Shown: positions 1-14,000 of the stretch, piece by piece | How the letters are laid out: each line of letters starts with the position of its first letter | How positions within the stretch are numbered: position 1 is the stretch's first letter | Assembly: GCA_964016885.1 (NCBI GenBank) | Contig: OZ024741.1 | Coordinates: 260,400,001-260,464,000 of the forward strand | Direction of reading: 5' to 3' | DNA: 64,000 nt | Source of the DNA: Eledone cirrhosa | Lineage: Eukaryota | Program-made: the position numbers and the translations under genes | The notes under the pieces: model-generated | The model's input: the letters and a program-made list of their open reading frames with translations, nothing else | Database searches by the model: none | What the model was told of the DNA's origin: nothing

Positions 1-3000
1 TATGAGTGTTTCGACTTACGAGTGTTTCGGCTTACGAGTGTTTCGACTTACGAGTGTTTTGACTTACGGTGTTTCGGCTTACGAGTGTTTCGACTTACGA
101 GTGTTTTGACTTACGGGTGTTTTGACATACGAGTGTTTCGATACGAGTGTTCTGACTTACGAGTGTTCTGACTTACGAGTGTTCTGACTTACGAGTGTTC
201 CGACTTACGAGTGTTCCGACTTACGAGTGTTTCGGCTTACGAGTGTTTCCGGCTTACGAGTGTTTCGACTTCCGAGTGTTTTGACTTACGGTGTTTCGGC
301 TTACGAGTGATTCGACTTACGAGTGTTTTGACTTACGGGTGATTTGACGTACGGGTGTTGTAAATTACGAGTGTTCCGATTTACGAGTGTTTTGACTTAC
401 GGTGTTTCGGCTTGCGAGTGTTTCGACTTACGAGTGTTTCGGCTTATGGGTGTTTCGACTTACTGTTTTTACTTACGAGTGTTTCGGCGTACGAGTGTTT
501 TGACTTACGAGTGTTTCGACTTACGAGTGTTTCGACTTACGAGTGTTTCGGCTTACGTGAGTTTCGACTTAAGTGTGTTCTGATTTACGAGTGTTCTGAC
601 TTGAGGGTGTTCTGATTTACGAGTGTTCCGACTTACGAGTGTTTCGGCTTATGAGTGTTTCGACTTACGAGTGTTTCGGCTTACGAGTGTTTCGACTTAT
701 GGGTGTTTCGACTTACGAGTGTTTTTACTTACGGTGTTTCGACTTACGAGTGTTTTGACTTACGAATGTTTTGACTTACGGGTGTTTCGGCTTACGAGTG
801 TTTCGACTTACTAATGTTCTTACTTACGTGTGTTTCGGCGTACGAGAGTTTTGACTTACGAGTGTTTCGACTTACGAGTGTTTCGACTTACGAGTGTTTT
901 GACTTACGAATGTTTTGACTTACGGGTGTTTCGGCTTAAGAGTGTTTCGACTTACGAGTCTTTCGGCTTACGAGTGTTTCGACTTACTAATGTTTTTACT
1001 TACGAGTGTTTCGGCGTACGAGTGTTTCGACTTACGAGTGTTTAGACTTAAGGGTGTTTCGGCTTACGTGTGTTTTGACTTACGAGTGTTTTGACTTAAG
1101 GGTGTTTCGACTTACGAGTATTTTTGGCTTACGAGTGTTTCGACTTACGAGTGTTTTGACTTACGAGTGTTCTGATTTACGGATGTTTCGACATACGAGT
1201 GTTTCGACTTACGAGTGTTTCGACTTATGAGTGTTTCGACTTACGAGTGCTTCGGCTTACGAGTGTTTCGACTTACGAGTATTTCGGCTTACGAGTGTTT
1301 CGACGTACGAATGTTTTGGCTTACGAGTGTTTCGGCTTATGAGTGTTTCGGCTTACGAGTGTTTCGACTTACGAGTGTTTCGGCTTACGAGTGTTTCAGT
1401 GTTTCGGCTTACGTGTGTTTCGACTTACGAGTGTTTCGACTTACGACTGTTTCGGCTTACGAGTATTTCGGCTTACGAGTGTTTCGGCTTACGAGTGTTT
1501 TGACTTACGAGTGTTTTGACTTACGATTGTTTGGCTTTCGAGTGTTCTGACTTACGGGTGTTCTGACTTACGAGTGTTCCGACTTACGAGTGTTTCAGCT
1601 TATGAGGGTTTCGACTTACGAGTGCTTCGGCTTACGAGTGTTTCGACTTACGAGTGTTTCGGCTTACGAGTGTTTTGACTTACGGTGTTTCGGCTTACGA
1701 GTGTTTCGACATACGAGTGTTTTGACGTACGGGTATTTCGACTGACGGGTGTTTCGGCGTATGAGTGTTTTGACTTACGAGTGCTTCGACTTACGAGTGA
1801 TTCGACTTACGAGTGTTTCGAATTACGAGTGTTTCGACTTACGAGTGTTATGACTTACGGGTGTTTTGACATACGAGTGTTTCGATACGAGTGTTCTGAC
1901 TTACGAGTGTTCTGACTTACGAGTGTTCTGACTTACGAGTGTTTCGACATACGAGTGTTTTGACTTACGGGTGTTTCGACTTACGAGTGTTCTGACTTAC
2001 GAATGTTTTGACTTACGGGTGTTTCGGCTTACGAGTGTTTCGACTTACTAATGTTTTTACTTACGAGTGTTTCGGCGTACGAGTGTTTCGACTTCCGAGT
2101 GTTTCGACTTACGGGTGTTTTGACTTACGGGTGTTTCGGCTTACGAGTGTTTTGACTTACGAGTGTTTTGACTTAAGGGTGTTTCGACTTACGAGTATTT
2201 TTGGCTTACGAGTGTTTCGACTTACGAGTGTTTTGACTTACGAGTGTTCTGATTTACGGATGTTTCGACATACGAGTCTTTCGACTTACGAGTGTTTCGA
2301 CTTACGAGTGTTTCGGCTTATGATTGTTTCGACTTACGAGTGTTTTGACTTACGGTGTTTCAGCTTACGAGTGTTTCGACTTACGAGTGTTTTGACTTAC
2401 GGGTGTTTTGACATACGAGTGTTTCGATACGAGTGTTCTGACTTACGAGTGTTCTGACTTACGAGTGTTTTGACTTACGAGTGTTCGGACTTACCAGTGT
2501 TCCGACTTACGAGTGTTCCGACTTACGAGTGTTTCGGCTTACGAGTGTTTCCGGCTTACGAGTGTTTCGACTTACGAGTGTTTTGACTTACGGTGTTTCG
2601 GCTTACGAGTGATTCGACTTACGAGTGTTTTGACTTAGGGTGTTTTGACTTACGGGTGTTGTGAATTACGAGTGTTCCGATTTACGAGTGTTTTGACTTA
2701 CGGTGTTTCGGCTTACGAGTGATTCGACTTACGAATGTTTTGACTTACGGGTGTTTCGGCTTGCTAGTGTTTCGACTTATGAGTGTTCTGACTTACGAGT
2801 GTTTTGACTTACGAGTGTTCTGATTTACGGATGTTTCGACATACGAGTGTTTCGACTTACGAGTGTTTCGACTTATGAGTGTTTCGACTTACGAGTGTTT
2901 TGGCTTACGGGTGTTTTGACATATGAGTGTTTCGATACGAGTGTTTCGACTTACGAGTGTTCTGACTTACGAGTGTTCTGACTTACGAGTGTTCTGACTT

Positions 3001-3338
3001 ACGAGTGTTCTGATTTACGAGTGTTCCGACTTACGAGTGTTTCGGCTTACGAGTGTTTCGGCTTACGAGTGTTTCGACTTACGAGTGTTTCGACTTACGA
3101 GTGTTCCGACTGACGGGTGTTTCGACTTACGAGTGGTTTGGCTTACGGTGTTTCGGCTTACGAGTGTTTCGAGTTACGAGTGTTTTGACTTACGCGTGTC
3201 TTGACATACGAGTGTTTCGATACGAGTGTTCTGACTTACGAGTGTTCTGACTTACGAGTGTTCTGACTTACGAGTGTTCCGACTTTACGAGTGTTTCGGC
3301 TCACGAGTGTTTCGGCTTACCAGTGTTTCGACTTACGA

Positions 3339-3407
3339 AAATAACAAATAGACGCGGTTTCAAATCTCTACGATTTTCAAATTCATTACATTAATCTTTA
3401 TTTATAC
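3339..3407 (+). repeat. 69-bp AT-rich interspersed element, copy 1 (allele CTCTACGATTTT)
   Basis: Non-monomer sequence AAATAACAAATAGACGCGGTTTCAAATCTCTACGATTTTCAAATTCATTACATTAATCTTTATTTATAC lies between GACTTACGA and GTTTCGCTTTACGAG. Confidence 0.97.
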
Positions 3408-6400
3408 GTTTCGCTTTACGAGTGTTTCGACTTACGAGTGTTTCGACATACGAGTGTTTCGACTTCCGAATGTTTTTGCTTACGGGTGTTTCGACTTACG
3501 AATGTTTCGGCTTACGAGTGTTTCGGCTTACGAGTGTTCCGACTTACGAGTGTTTCGGCTTACGAGTGTTTCCGGCTTACGAGTGTTTCGACTTACGAAT
3601 GTTTCGACTTTCGAGTGTTTTGACTTACGGTGTTTCGGCTTACGAGTGATTCGACTTACGAGTGTTTTGACTTACGGGTGTTTTGACTTACGGGTGTTGT
3701 GAATTACCAGTGTTCCGATTTACGAGTGTTTTGACTTACGGTGTTTCGGCTTGCGAGTGTTTCGACTTACGAGTGTTTCGGCTTATGAGTGTTTCGACTT
3801 ATGAGTGTTTCGACTTACGAGTGTTCTGACTTACGAATGTTCTGACTTACGAGTGTTCCGACTTACGAGTGTTTCGGTTTACGAGTGTTTCGACATACGA
3901 GTGTTTTGACTTACGGGTGTTTCGACTTACGGGTGTTTCGACTTACGAGTGTTTTGGCTTACGAGTGTTTCGACTTACTAATGTTTTTACTTACGAGAGT
4001 TTGGTTTTAGAATGTTTTGACTTAACGATGTTTCGACTTACGAGTGTTTCGACTTACGAGTGTTTCGGCTTACGTGAGTTTCGACTTAAGAGTGTTCTGA
4101 TTTACGAGTCTTCTGACTTGCGGGTGTTCTGATTTACGAGTGTTCCGACTTACGAGTGTTTCGGCTTATGAGTGTTTCGACTTACGAGTGTTTCGGCTTA
4201 TGAGTGTTTCGACTTATGGGTGTTTTGACTTACGAGTGTTTTTACTTACGGTGTTTCGGCTTACGAGTGTTTCGACATACGAGTGTTTTGACTTACGGGT
4301 GTTTCGGCTTACGAGTGTTTCGACTTACGAGTGTTTCGGCTTACGAGTGTTTCGACTTACTAATGTTTTTACTTACGAGTGTTTCGGCGTACGAGAGTTT
4401 TGACTTACGAATGTTTTGACTTACGGGTGTTTCGGATTATGAGTGTTTCGACTTACGAGTCTTTCGGTTTACGAGTGTTTCGACTTACTAATGTTTTTAC
4501 TTACGAGTGTTTCGGCGTACGAGTGTTTCGACTTACGAGTGTTTCGAATTACGGGTGTTTTGACTTACGGGTGTTTCGGCTTACGAGTGTTTCGACTTAC
4601 GAGTGTTTTGACTTAAGGGTGTTTCGACTTACGAGTATTTTTGGCTTACGAGTGTTTCGACTTACGAGTGTTTTGACTTACGAGTGTTCTGATTTACGGA
4701 TGTTTCGACATACGAGTGTTTCGACTTACGAGTGTTTCGGCTTACGAGTGTTTCGACTTACGAGTGTTTTGACTTACGGTGTTTCGGCTTACGAGTGTTT
4801 CGACTTACGAGTGTTTTGACTTACGGGTGTTTTGACATACGAGTGTTTCGATACGAGTGTTCTGACTTACGAGTGTTCTGACTTACGAGTGTTCCGACTT
4901 ACGAGTGTTTCGGCTTATGAGTGTTTCGACTTACGAGTGCTTCGACTTACGAGTGTTTCGGCTTACGGGTGTTTCGACTTACGAATGTTTTTGCTTACGA
5001 GTGTTTTGGATTACGAGTGTTTCGGCTTATGAGTGTTTCGACTTACGAGTGTTTTGACTTACGGGTGTTTTGACATACGAGTGTTTCGATACGAGTGTTC
5101 TGACTTACGAGTGTTTCCGCTTACGAGTGTTTCGGCTTACAAGTGTTTCGACTTACTAATGTTTTTACTTACGAGTGTTTCGGTGTACGAGTATTTCGAC
5201 TTAAGGATGTTCCGTCTTACGAATGTTTCGGTTTACGAGTGTTTCGACACACGAGTGTTTTGACTTACGGGGGTTTCGACTTACGGGTGTTTCGACTTAC
5301 GAGTGTTTCGGCTTACGAGTGTTTCGACTTACTAATGTTTTTACTTACGAGTGTTTCGGTGTACGAGTGTTTCGACTTAAGGCTGTTTCGACTTACGAGT
5401 GTTTCGACTTACGAGTGTTTCGGCTTACGTGAGTTTCGACTTAAGGGTGTTTTGACTTACGGGTGTTGTGAATTACGAGTGTTCCGATTTACGAGTGTTT
5501 TGACTTACGGTGTTTCGGCTTACGAGTTATTCTACTTACGAATGTTTTGACTTACGGGTGTTTCGGCTTGCTAGTGTTTCGACTTACGAGTGTTTCGGCT
5601 TATGAGTGTTTCGACTTACTAATGTTTTTACTTACGAGTGTTTCGGTGTACGAGTGTTTTGACTTACGAGTGTTTCGACTTACGAGTGTTTTGACTTACG
5701 AATGTTTTGACTTACGGGTGTTTCGGCTTACGAGTGTTTCGACTTACGAGTGTTTCGGCTGGCGAGTGTTTCGACTTACGAGTGTTTTGACTTAAGGGTG
5801 TTTCGACTTACGAGTGTTTCGACTTACGAGTGTTTCGGCTTACGAGTGTTTTGACTTAAGGGTGTTTCGACTTACGAGTGTTTCGATACGAGTGTTTCGA
5901 CTTACGAGTGTTCTGACTTACGAGTGTTCCGACTTACGAGTGTCTCGGCTTACGAGTGTTTCGGCTTACGAGTGTTTCGACTTACGAGTGTTTCGACTTA
6001 CGAGTGTTCCGACTTACGGGTGTTTCGACTTACGAGTGTTTTGGCTTACGGTGTTTCGACTTACGAGTGTTTCGGCTTACGAGTGTTTTGACTTAAGGGT
6101 GTTTCGACTTACGAGTGTTTCGATACGAGTGTTTCGACTTACGAGTGTTTCGGCTTACGAGTGTTTCGACTTACGAGTGTTTCGACTTACGAGTGTTCCG
6201 ACTTACGGGTGTTTCGACTTACGAGTGTTTTGGCTTACGGTGTTTCGGCTTACGAGTGTTTCGAGTTACGAGTGTTTTGACTTACGCGTGTTTTGACATA
6301 CGAGTGTTTCGATACGAGTGTTCTGACTTACGAGTGTTCTGACTTACGAGTGTTCTGACTTACGAGTGTTCAGACTTTACGAGTGTTTCGACGCACGAGT

Positions 6401-6830
6401 GTTTCGGCTTACGAGTGTTTCGACTTACGAGTGTTCTGACTTACGAGTGTTCTGACTTACGAGTGTTCTGACTTACGAGTGTTCTTACTTACGAGTGTTC
6501 CGACTTACGAGTGTTTCGGCTTACGAGTGTTTCGGCTTACGAGTGTTTCGACTTACGAATGTTTTGAATTACGAGTGTTCCGACTTACGGGTGTTTCGAC
6601 TTACGAGTGTTTTGGCTTACGGTGTTTCGGCTTACGAGTGTTTCGAGTTACGAGTGTTTTGACTTACGCGTGTTTTGACATACGAGTGTTCTGACTTACG
6701 AGTGTTCTGACTTACGAGTGTTCTGACTTACGAGTGTTCTGACTTACGAGTGTTCTGACTTACGAGTGTTCCGACTTTACGAGTGTTTCGGCTCACGAGT
6801 GTTTCGGCTTACGAGTGTTTCGACTTACGA

Positions 6831-6899
6831 AAATAACAAATAGACGCGGTTTCAAATCTCTATGCTTTTCAAATTCATTACATTAATCTTTATTTATAC
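6831..6899 (+). repeat. 69-bp AT-rich element, copy 2 (allele CTCTATGCTTTT)
   Basis: Same element and junctions as copy 1. Confidence 0.97.
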
Positions 6900-9800
6900 G
6901 TTTCGCTTTACGAGTGTTTCGACTTACGAGTGTTTCGACATACGAGTGTTTCGGCTTACGAGTGTTTTGATTTACGAGTGTTTTGACTTACGGGTGCTTC
7001 GACTTACGCGTGTTTCGACTTACGAGTGTTTCGACTTACGAGTGTTTCGACTTACGAGTGTTTCGGCTTACGAGTGTTTTGACTTACGAATGTTTTGACT
7101 TACGATTGTTTCGGCTTACGAGTGTTTCGACTTACGAGTGTTCTGACTACGAGTGTTCTGACTTACGGGTGCTCTGACTTACGAGTGTTCCGACTTACGA
7201 GTGTTTCGGCTTATGAGTGTTTCGACTTACGAGTGTTTCGGCTTATGAGTGTTTCGGCTTACGAGTGTTTCGACGTACGAATGTTTTGGCATACGAGTGT
7301 TTCGGCTTATGAGTGTTTCGGCTTACGAGTGTTTCGACTTACGAGTGTTTCGGCTTACGAGTGTTTCAGTGTTTCGGCTTACGTGTGTTTCGACTTACGA
7401 GTGTTTCGACTTACGACTGTTTCAGCTTACGAGTGTTTCGGCTTACGAGTGTTTCGGCTTACGAGTGTTTTGACTTACGAGTGTTTTGACTTACGATTGT
7501 TTGGCTTACGAGTGTTCTGACTTACGGGTGTTCTGACTTACGAGTGTTCCGACTTACGAGTGTTTCGGCTTATGAGGGTTTCGACTTACGAGTGCTTCGG
7601 CTTACGAGTGTTTCGACTTACGAGTGTTTCGGCTTACGAGTGTTTCGACTTCCGAGTGTTTTGACTTACGGTGTTTCGGCTTACGAGTGATTCGACTTAC
7701 GAGTGTTTTGACTTACGGGTGATTTGACTTACGGGTGTTGTGAATTACGAGTGTTCCGATTTACGAGTGTTTTGACTTACGGTGTTTCGGCTTACGAGTG
7801 ATTCGACTTACGAATGTTTTGACTTACGGGTGTTTCGGCTTGCGAGTGTTACGACTTACGAGTGTTTCGGCTTATGGGTGTTTCGACTTACTAATGTTTT
7901 TACTTACGAGTGGTTCGGCGTACGAGTGTTTTGACTTACGAGTGTTTCGACTTACGAGTGTTTCGACTTACGAGTGTTTCGGCTTACGTGAGTTTCGACT
8001 TAAGAGTGTTCTGATTTACGAGTGTTCTGACTTGCGGGTGTTCTGATTTACGAGTGTTCCGACTTACGAGTGTTTCGGCTTATTAGTGTTTCGACTTACG
8101 AGTGTTTCGGTTTACGAGTGTTTCGACTTATGGGTGTTTCGACTTACGAGTGTTTTTACTTACGGTGTTTCGGCTTACGAGTGTTTCGACATACGAGTGT
8201 TTTGACTTACGGGTGTTTCGACTTACGAGTGTTTTGACTTACGAATGTTTTGACTTACGGGTGTTTCGGCTTACGAGTGTTTCGACTTACGAGTGTTTCG
8301 ACTTACGAGTGTTTCGGCTTACGTGAGTTTCGACTTAAGAGTGTTCTGATTTACGAGTGTTCTGACTTGCGGGTGTTCTGATTTACGAGTGTTCCGACTT
8401 ACGAGTGTTTCGGCTTATGAGTGTTTCGACTTACGAGTGTTTCGGCTTACGAGTGTTTCGACTTATGGGTGTTTTGACTTACGAGTGTTTTTACTTACGG
8501 TGTTTCGGCTTACGAGTGTTTCGACATACGAGTGTTTTGACTTACGGGTGTTTCGGCTTACGAGTGTTTCGACTTACGAGTGTTTCGGCTTACGAGTGAT
8601 TCGACTTACTAATGTTTTTACTTACGAGTGTTTCGGCGTACGAGAGTTTTGACTTACGAGTGTTTCGACTTACGAGTGTTTTGACTTACGAATGTTTTGA
8701 CTTACGGGTGTTTCGGATTATGAGTGTTTCGACTTACGAGTCTTTCGGTTTACGAGTGTTTCGACTTACTAATGTTTTTACTTACGAGTGTTTCGGCGTA
8801 CGAGTGTTTCGACTTACGAGTGTTTCGACTTACGGGTGTTTTGACTTACGGGTGTTTCGGCTTACGAGTGTTTCGACTTACGAGTGTTTTGACTTAAGGG
8901 TGTTTCGACTTACGAGTATTTTTGGCTTACGAGTGTTTCGACTTACGAGTGTTTTGACTTACGAGTGTTCTGATTTACGGATGTTTCGACATACGAGTGT
9001 TTCGACTTACGAGTGTTTCGGCTTACGAGTGTTTCGACTTACGAGTGTTTTGACTTACGGTGTTTCGGCTTACGAGTGTTTCGACTTACGAGTGTTTTGA
9101 CTTATGGGTGTTTTGACATACGAGTGTTTCGATACGAGTGTTCTGACTTACGAGTGTTCTGACTTACGAGTGTTTTGACTTACGGGTGTTCTGACTTACG
9201 AGTGTTCCGACTTACGAGTGTTTCGGCTTATGAGTGTTTCGACTTACGAGTGCTTCGACTTACGAGTGTTTCGGCTTACGGGTGTTTCGACTTACGAATG
9301 TTTTTGCTTACGAGTGTTTTCGATTACGAGTGTTTCGGCTTATGAGTGTTTCGACTTACGAGTGTTTTGACTTACGGGTGTTTTGACATACGAGTGTTTC
9401 GATACGAGTGTTCTGACTTACGAGTGTTTCCGCTTACGAGTGTTTCGGCTTACGAGTGTTTCGACTTACTAATGTTTTTACTTACGAGTGTTTCGGTGTA
9501 CGAGTATTTCGACTTAAGGATGTTCCGTCTTACGAATGTTTCGGTTTACGAGTGTTTCGACACACGAGTGTTTTGACTTACGGGGGTTTCGACTTACGGG
9601 TGTTTCGACTTACGAGTGTTTCGGCTTACGAGTGTTTCGACTTACTAATGTTTTTACTTACGAGTGTTTCGGTGTACGAGTGTTTCGACTTAAGGCTGTT
9701 TCGACTTACGAGTGTTTCGACTTACGAGTGTTTCGGCTTACGTGAGTTTCGACTTAAGGGTGTTTTGACTTACGGGTGTTGTGAATTACGAGTGTTCCGA

Positions 9801-10951
9801 TTTACGAGTGTTTTGACTTACGGTGTTTCGGCTTACGAGTTATTCTACTTACGAATGTTTTGACTTACGGGTGTTTCGGCTTGCTAGTGTTTCGACTTAC
9901 GAGTGTTTCGGCTTATGAGTGTTTCGACTTACTAATGTTTTTACTTACGAGTGTTTCGGCGTACGAGTGTTTTGACTTACGAGTGTTTCGACTTACGAGT
10001 GTTTTGACTTACGAATGTTTTGACTTACGGGTGTTTCGGCTTACGAGTGTTTCGACTTATGAGTGTTTCGGCTGGCGAGTGTTTCGACTTACGAGTGTTT
10101 TGACTTAAGGGTGTTTCGACTTACGAGTGTTTCGACTTACGAGTGTTTCGGCTTACGAGTGTTTTGACTTAAGGGTGTTTCGAATTACGAGTGTTTCGAT
10201 ACGAGTGTTTCGACTTACGAGTGTTCTGACTTACGAGTGTTCCGACTTACGAGTGTCTCCGCTTACGAGTGTTTCGGCTTACGAGTGTTTCGACTTACGA
10301 GTGTTTCGACTTACGAGTGTTCCGACTTACGGGTGTTTCGACTTACGAGTGTTTTGGCTTACGGTGTTTCGACTTACGAGTGTTTCGGCTTACGAGTGTT
10401 TTGACTTAAGGGTGTTTCGACTTACGAGTGTTTCGATACGAGTGTTTCGACTTACGAGTGTTTCGGCTTACGAGTGTTTCGACTTACGAGTGTTTCGACT
10501 TACGAGTGTTCCGACTTACGGGTGTTTCGAATTACGAGTGTTTTGGCTTACGGTGTTTCGGCTTACGAGTGTTTCGAGTTACGAGTGTTTTGACTTACGC
10601 GTGTTTTGACATACGAGTGTTTCGATACGAGTGTTCTGACTTACGAGTGTTCTGACTTACGAGTGTTCTGACTTACGAGTGTTCAGACTTTACGAGTGTT
10701 TCGACTCACGAGTGTTTCGGCTTACGAGTGTTTCGACTTACGAGTGTTCTGACTTACGAGTGTTCTGACTTACGAGTGTTCTGACTTACGAGTGTTCTTA
10801 CTTACGAGTGTTCCGACTTACGAGTGTTTCGGCTTACGAGTGTTTCGGCTTACGAGTGTTTCGACTTACGAGTGTTCTTACTTACGAGTGTTCCGACTTA
10901 CGAGTGTTTCGGCTCACGAGTGTTTCGGCTTACGAGTGTTTCGACTTACGA

Positions 10952-11020
10952 AAATAACAAATAGACGCGGTTTCAAATCTCTATGCTTTTCAAATTCATT
11001 ACATTAATCTTTATTTATAC
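10952..11020 (+). repeat. 69-bp AT-rich element, copy 3 (allele CTCTATGCTTTT)
   Basis: Identical to copy 2, 4121 bp downstream. Confidence 0.97.
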
Positions 11021-14000
11021 GTTTCGCTTTACGAGTGTTTCGACTTACGAGTGTTTCGACATACGAGTGTTTCGGCTTACGAGTGTTTTGATTTACGAGT
11101 GTTTTGACTTACGGGTGCTTCGACTTACGCGTGTTTCGACTTACGAGTGTTTCGACTTACGAGTGTTTCGACTTACGAGTGTTTCGGCTTACGAGTGTTT
11201 TGACTTACGAATGTTTTGACTTACGATTGTTTCGGCTTACGAGTGTTTCGACTTACGAGTGTTCTGACTACGAGTGTTCTGACTTACGGGTGCTCTGACT
11301 TACGAGTGTTCCGACTTACGAGTGTTTCGGCTTATGAGTGTTTCGACTTACGAGTGTTTCGGCTTATGAGTGTTTCGGCTTACGAGTGTTTCGACGTACG
11401 AATGTTTTGGCATACGAGTGTTTCGGCTTATGAGTGTTTCGGCTTACGAGTGTTTCGACTTACGAGTGTTTCGGCTTACGAGTGTTTCAGTGTTTCGGCT
11501 TACGTGTGTTTCGACTTACGAGTGTTTCGACTTACGACTGTTTCAGCTTACGAGTGTTTCGGCTTACGAGTGTTTCGGCTTACGAGTGTTTTGACTTACG
11601 AGTGTTTTGACTTACGATTGTTTGGCTTACGAGTGTTCTGACTTACGGGTGTTCTGACTTACGAGTGTTCCGACTTACGAGTGTTTCGGCTTATGAGGGT
11701 TTCGACTTACGAGTGCTTCGGCTTACGAGTGTTTCGACTTACGAGTGTTTCGGCTTACGAGTGTTTCGACTTCCGAGTGTTTTGACTTACGGTGTTTCGG
11801 CTTACGAGTGATTCGACTTACGAGTGTTTTGACTTACGGGTGATTTGACTTACGGGTGTTGTGAATTACGAGTGTTCCGATTTACGAGTGTTTTGACTTA
11901 CGGTGTTTCGGCTTACGAGTGATTCGACTTACGAATGTTTTGACTTACGGGTGTTTCGGCTTGCGAGTGTTACGACTTACGAGTGTTTCGGCTTATGGGT
12001 GTTTCGACTTACTAATGTTTTTACTTACGAGTGGTTCGGCGTACGAGTGTTTTGACTTACGAGTGTTTCGACTTACGAGTGTTTCGACTTACGAGTGTTT
12101 CGGCTTACGTGAGTTTCGACTTAAGAGTGTTCTGATTTACGAGTGTTCTGACTTGCGGGTGTTCTGATTTACGAGTGTTCCGACTTACGAGTGTTTCGGC
12201 TTATTAGTGTTTCGACTTACGAGTGTTTCGGTTTACGAGTGTTTCGACTTATGGGTGTTTCGACTTACGAGTGTTTTTACTTACGGTGTTTCGGCTTACG
12301 AGTGTTTCGACATACGAGTGTTTTGACTTACGGGTGTTTCGACTTACGAGTGTTTTGACTTACGAATGTTTTGACTTACGGGTGTTTCGGCTTACGAGTG
12401 TTTCGACTTACGAGTGTTTCGACTTACGAGTGTTTCGGCTTACGTGAGTTTCGACTTAAGAGTGTTCTGATTTACGAGTGTTCTGACTTGCGGGTGTTCT
12501 GATTTACGAGTGTTCCGACTTACGAGTGTTTCGGCTTATGAGTGTTTCGACTTACGAGTGTTTCGGCTTACGAGTGTTTCGACTTATGGGTGTTTTGACT
12601 TACGAGTGTTTTTACTTACGGTGTTTCGGCTTACGAGTGTTTCGACATACGAGTGTTTTGACTTACGGGTGTTTCGGCTTACGAGTGTTTCGACTTACGA
12701 GTGTTTCGGCTTACGAGTGATTCGACTTACTAATGTTTTTACTTACGAGTGTTTCGGCGTACGAGAGTTTTGACTTACGAGTGTTTCGACTTACGAGTGT
12801 TTTGACTTACGAATGTTTTGACTTACGGGTGTTTCGGATTATGAGTGTTTCGACTTACGAGTCTTTCGGTTTACGAGTGTTTCGACTTACTAATGTTTTT
12901 ACTTACGAGTGTTTCGGCGTACGAGTGTTTCGACTTACGAGTGTTTCGACTTACGGGTGTTTTGACTTACGGGTGTTTCGGCTTACGAGTGTTTCGACTT
13001 ACGAGTGTTTTGACTTAAGGGTGTTTCGACTTACGAGTATTTTTGGCTTACGAGTGTTTCGACTTACGAGTGTTTTGACTTACGAGTGTTCTGATTTACG
13101 GATGTTTCGACATACGAGTGTTTCGACTTACGAGTGTTTCGGCTTACGAGTGTTTCGACTTACGAGTGTTTTGACTTACGGTGTTTCGGCTTACGAGTGT
13201 TTCGACTTACGAGTGTTTTGACTTATGGGTGTTTTGACATACGAGTGTTTCGATACGAGTGTTCTGACTTACGAGTGTTCTGACTTACGAGTGTTTTGAC
13301 TTACGGGTGTTCTGACTTACGAGTGTTCCGACTTACGAGTGTTTCGGCTTATGAGTGTTTCGACTTACGAGTGCTTCGACTTACGAGTGTTTCGGCTTAC
13401 GGGTGTTTCGACTTACGAATGTTTTTGCTTACGAGTGTTTTCGATTACGAGTGTTTCGGCTTATGAGTGTTTCGACTTACGAGTGTTTTGACTTACGGGT
13501 GTTTTGACATACGAGTGTTTCGATACGAGTGTTCTGACTTACGAGTGTTTCCGCTTACGAGTGTTTCGGCTTACGAGTGTTTCGACTTACTAATGTTTTT
13601 ACTTACGAGTGTTTCGGTGTACGAGTATTTCGACTTAAGGATGTTCCGTCTTACGAATGTTTCGGTTTACGAGTGTTTCGACACACGAGTGTTTTGACTT
13701 ACGGGGGTTTCGACTTACGGGTGTTTCGACTTACGAGTGTTTCGGCTTACGAGTGTTTCGACTTACTAATGTTTTTACTTACGAGTGTTTCGGTGTACGA
13801 GTGTTTCGACTTAAGGCTGTTTCGACTTACGAGTGTTTCGACTTACGAGTGTTTCGGCTTACGTGAGTTTCGACTTAAGGGTGTTTTGACTTACGGGTGT
13901 TGTGAATTACGAGTGTTCCGATTTACGAGTGTTTTGACTTACGGTGTTTCGGCTTACGAGTTATTCTACTTACGAATGTTTTGACTTACGGGTGTTTCGG

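Noticed and set aside
3339-3407. 69-bp element as a MITE or independent transposon insertion
   Set aside because: There is only a 6-bp AT-rich inverted match (AAATAA/TTATTT) and no clean target-site duplication: TACG flanks both sides but the monomer does not resume correctly. Identical junctions in all 13 copies indicate one event amplified with the array.
3339-3407. Promoter, poly(A) signal (AATAAA on - strand), ACGCG box or ARS consensus in the element
   Set aside because: Such short motifs are expected by chance in 75% AT sequence, the match to the yeast ARS consensus is poor, and no gene is adjacent.
6862-7098. ORFs beginning in the element (MLFKFITLIFIYTFRF...) resembling a signal peptide fused to repeats
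   Set aside because: The hydrophobic start reflects T-rich codons. Copy 1 lacks the ATG (ACG), and the downstream reading frames differ between copies and terminate at arbitrary variant stops.
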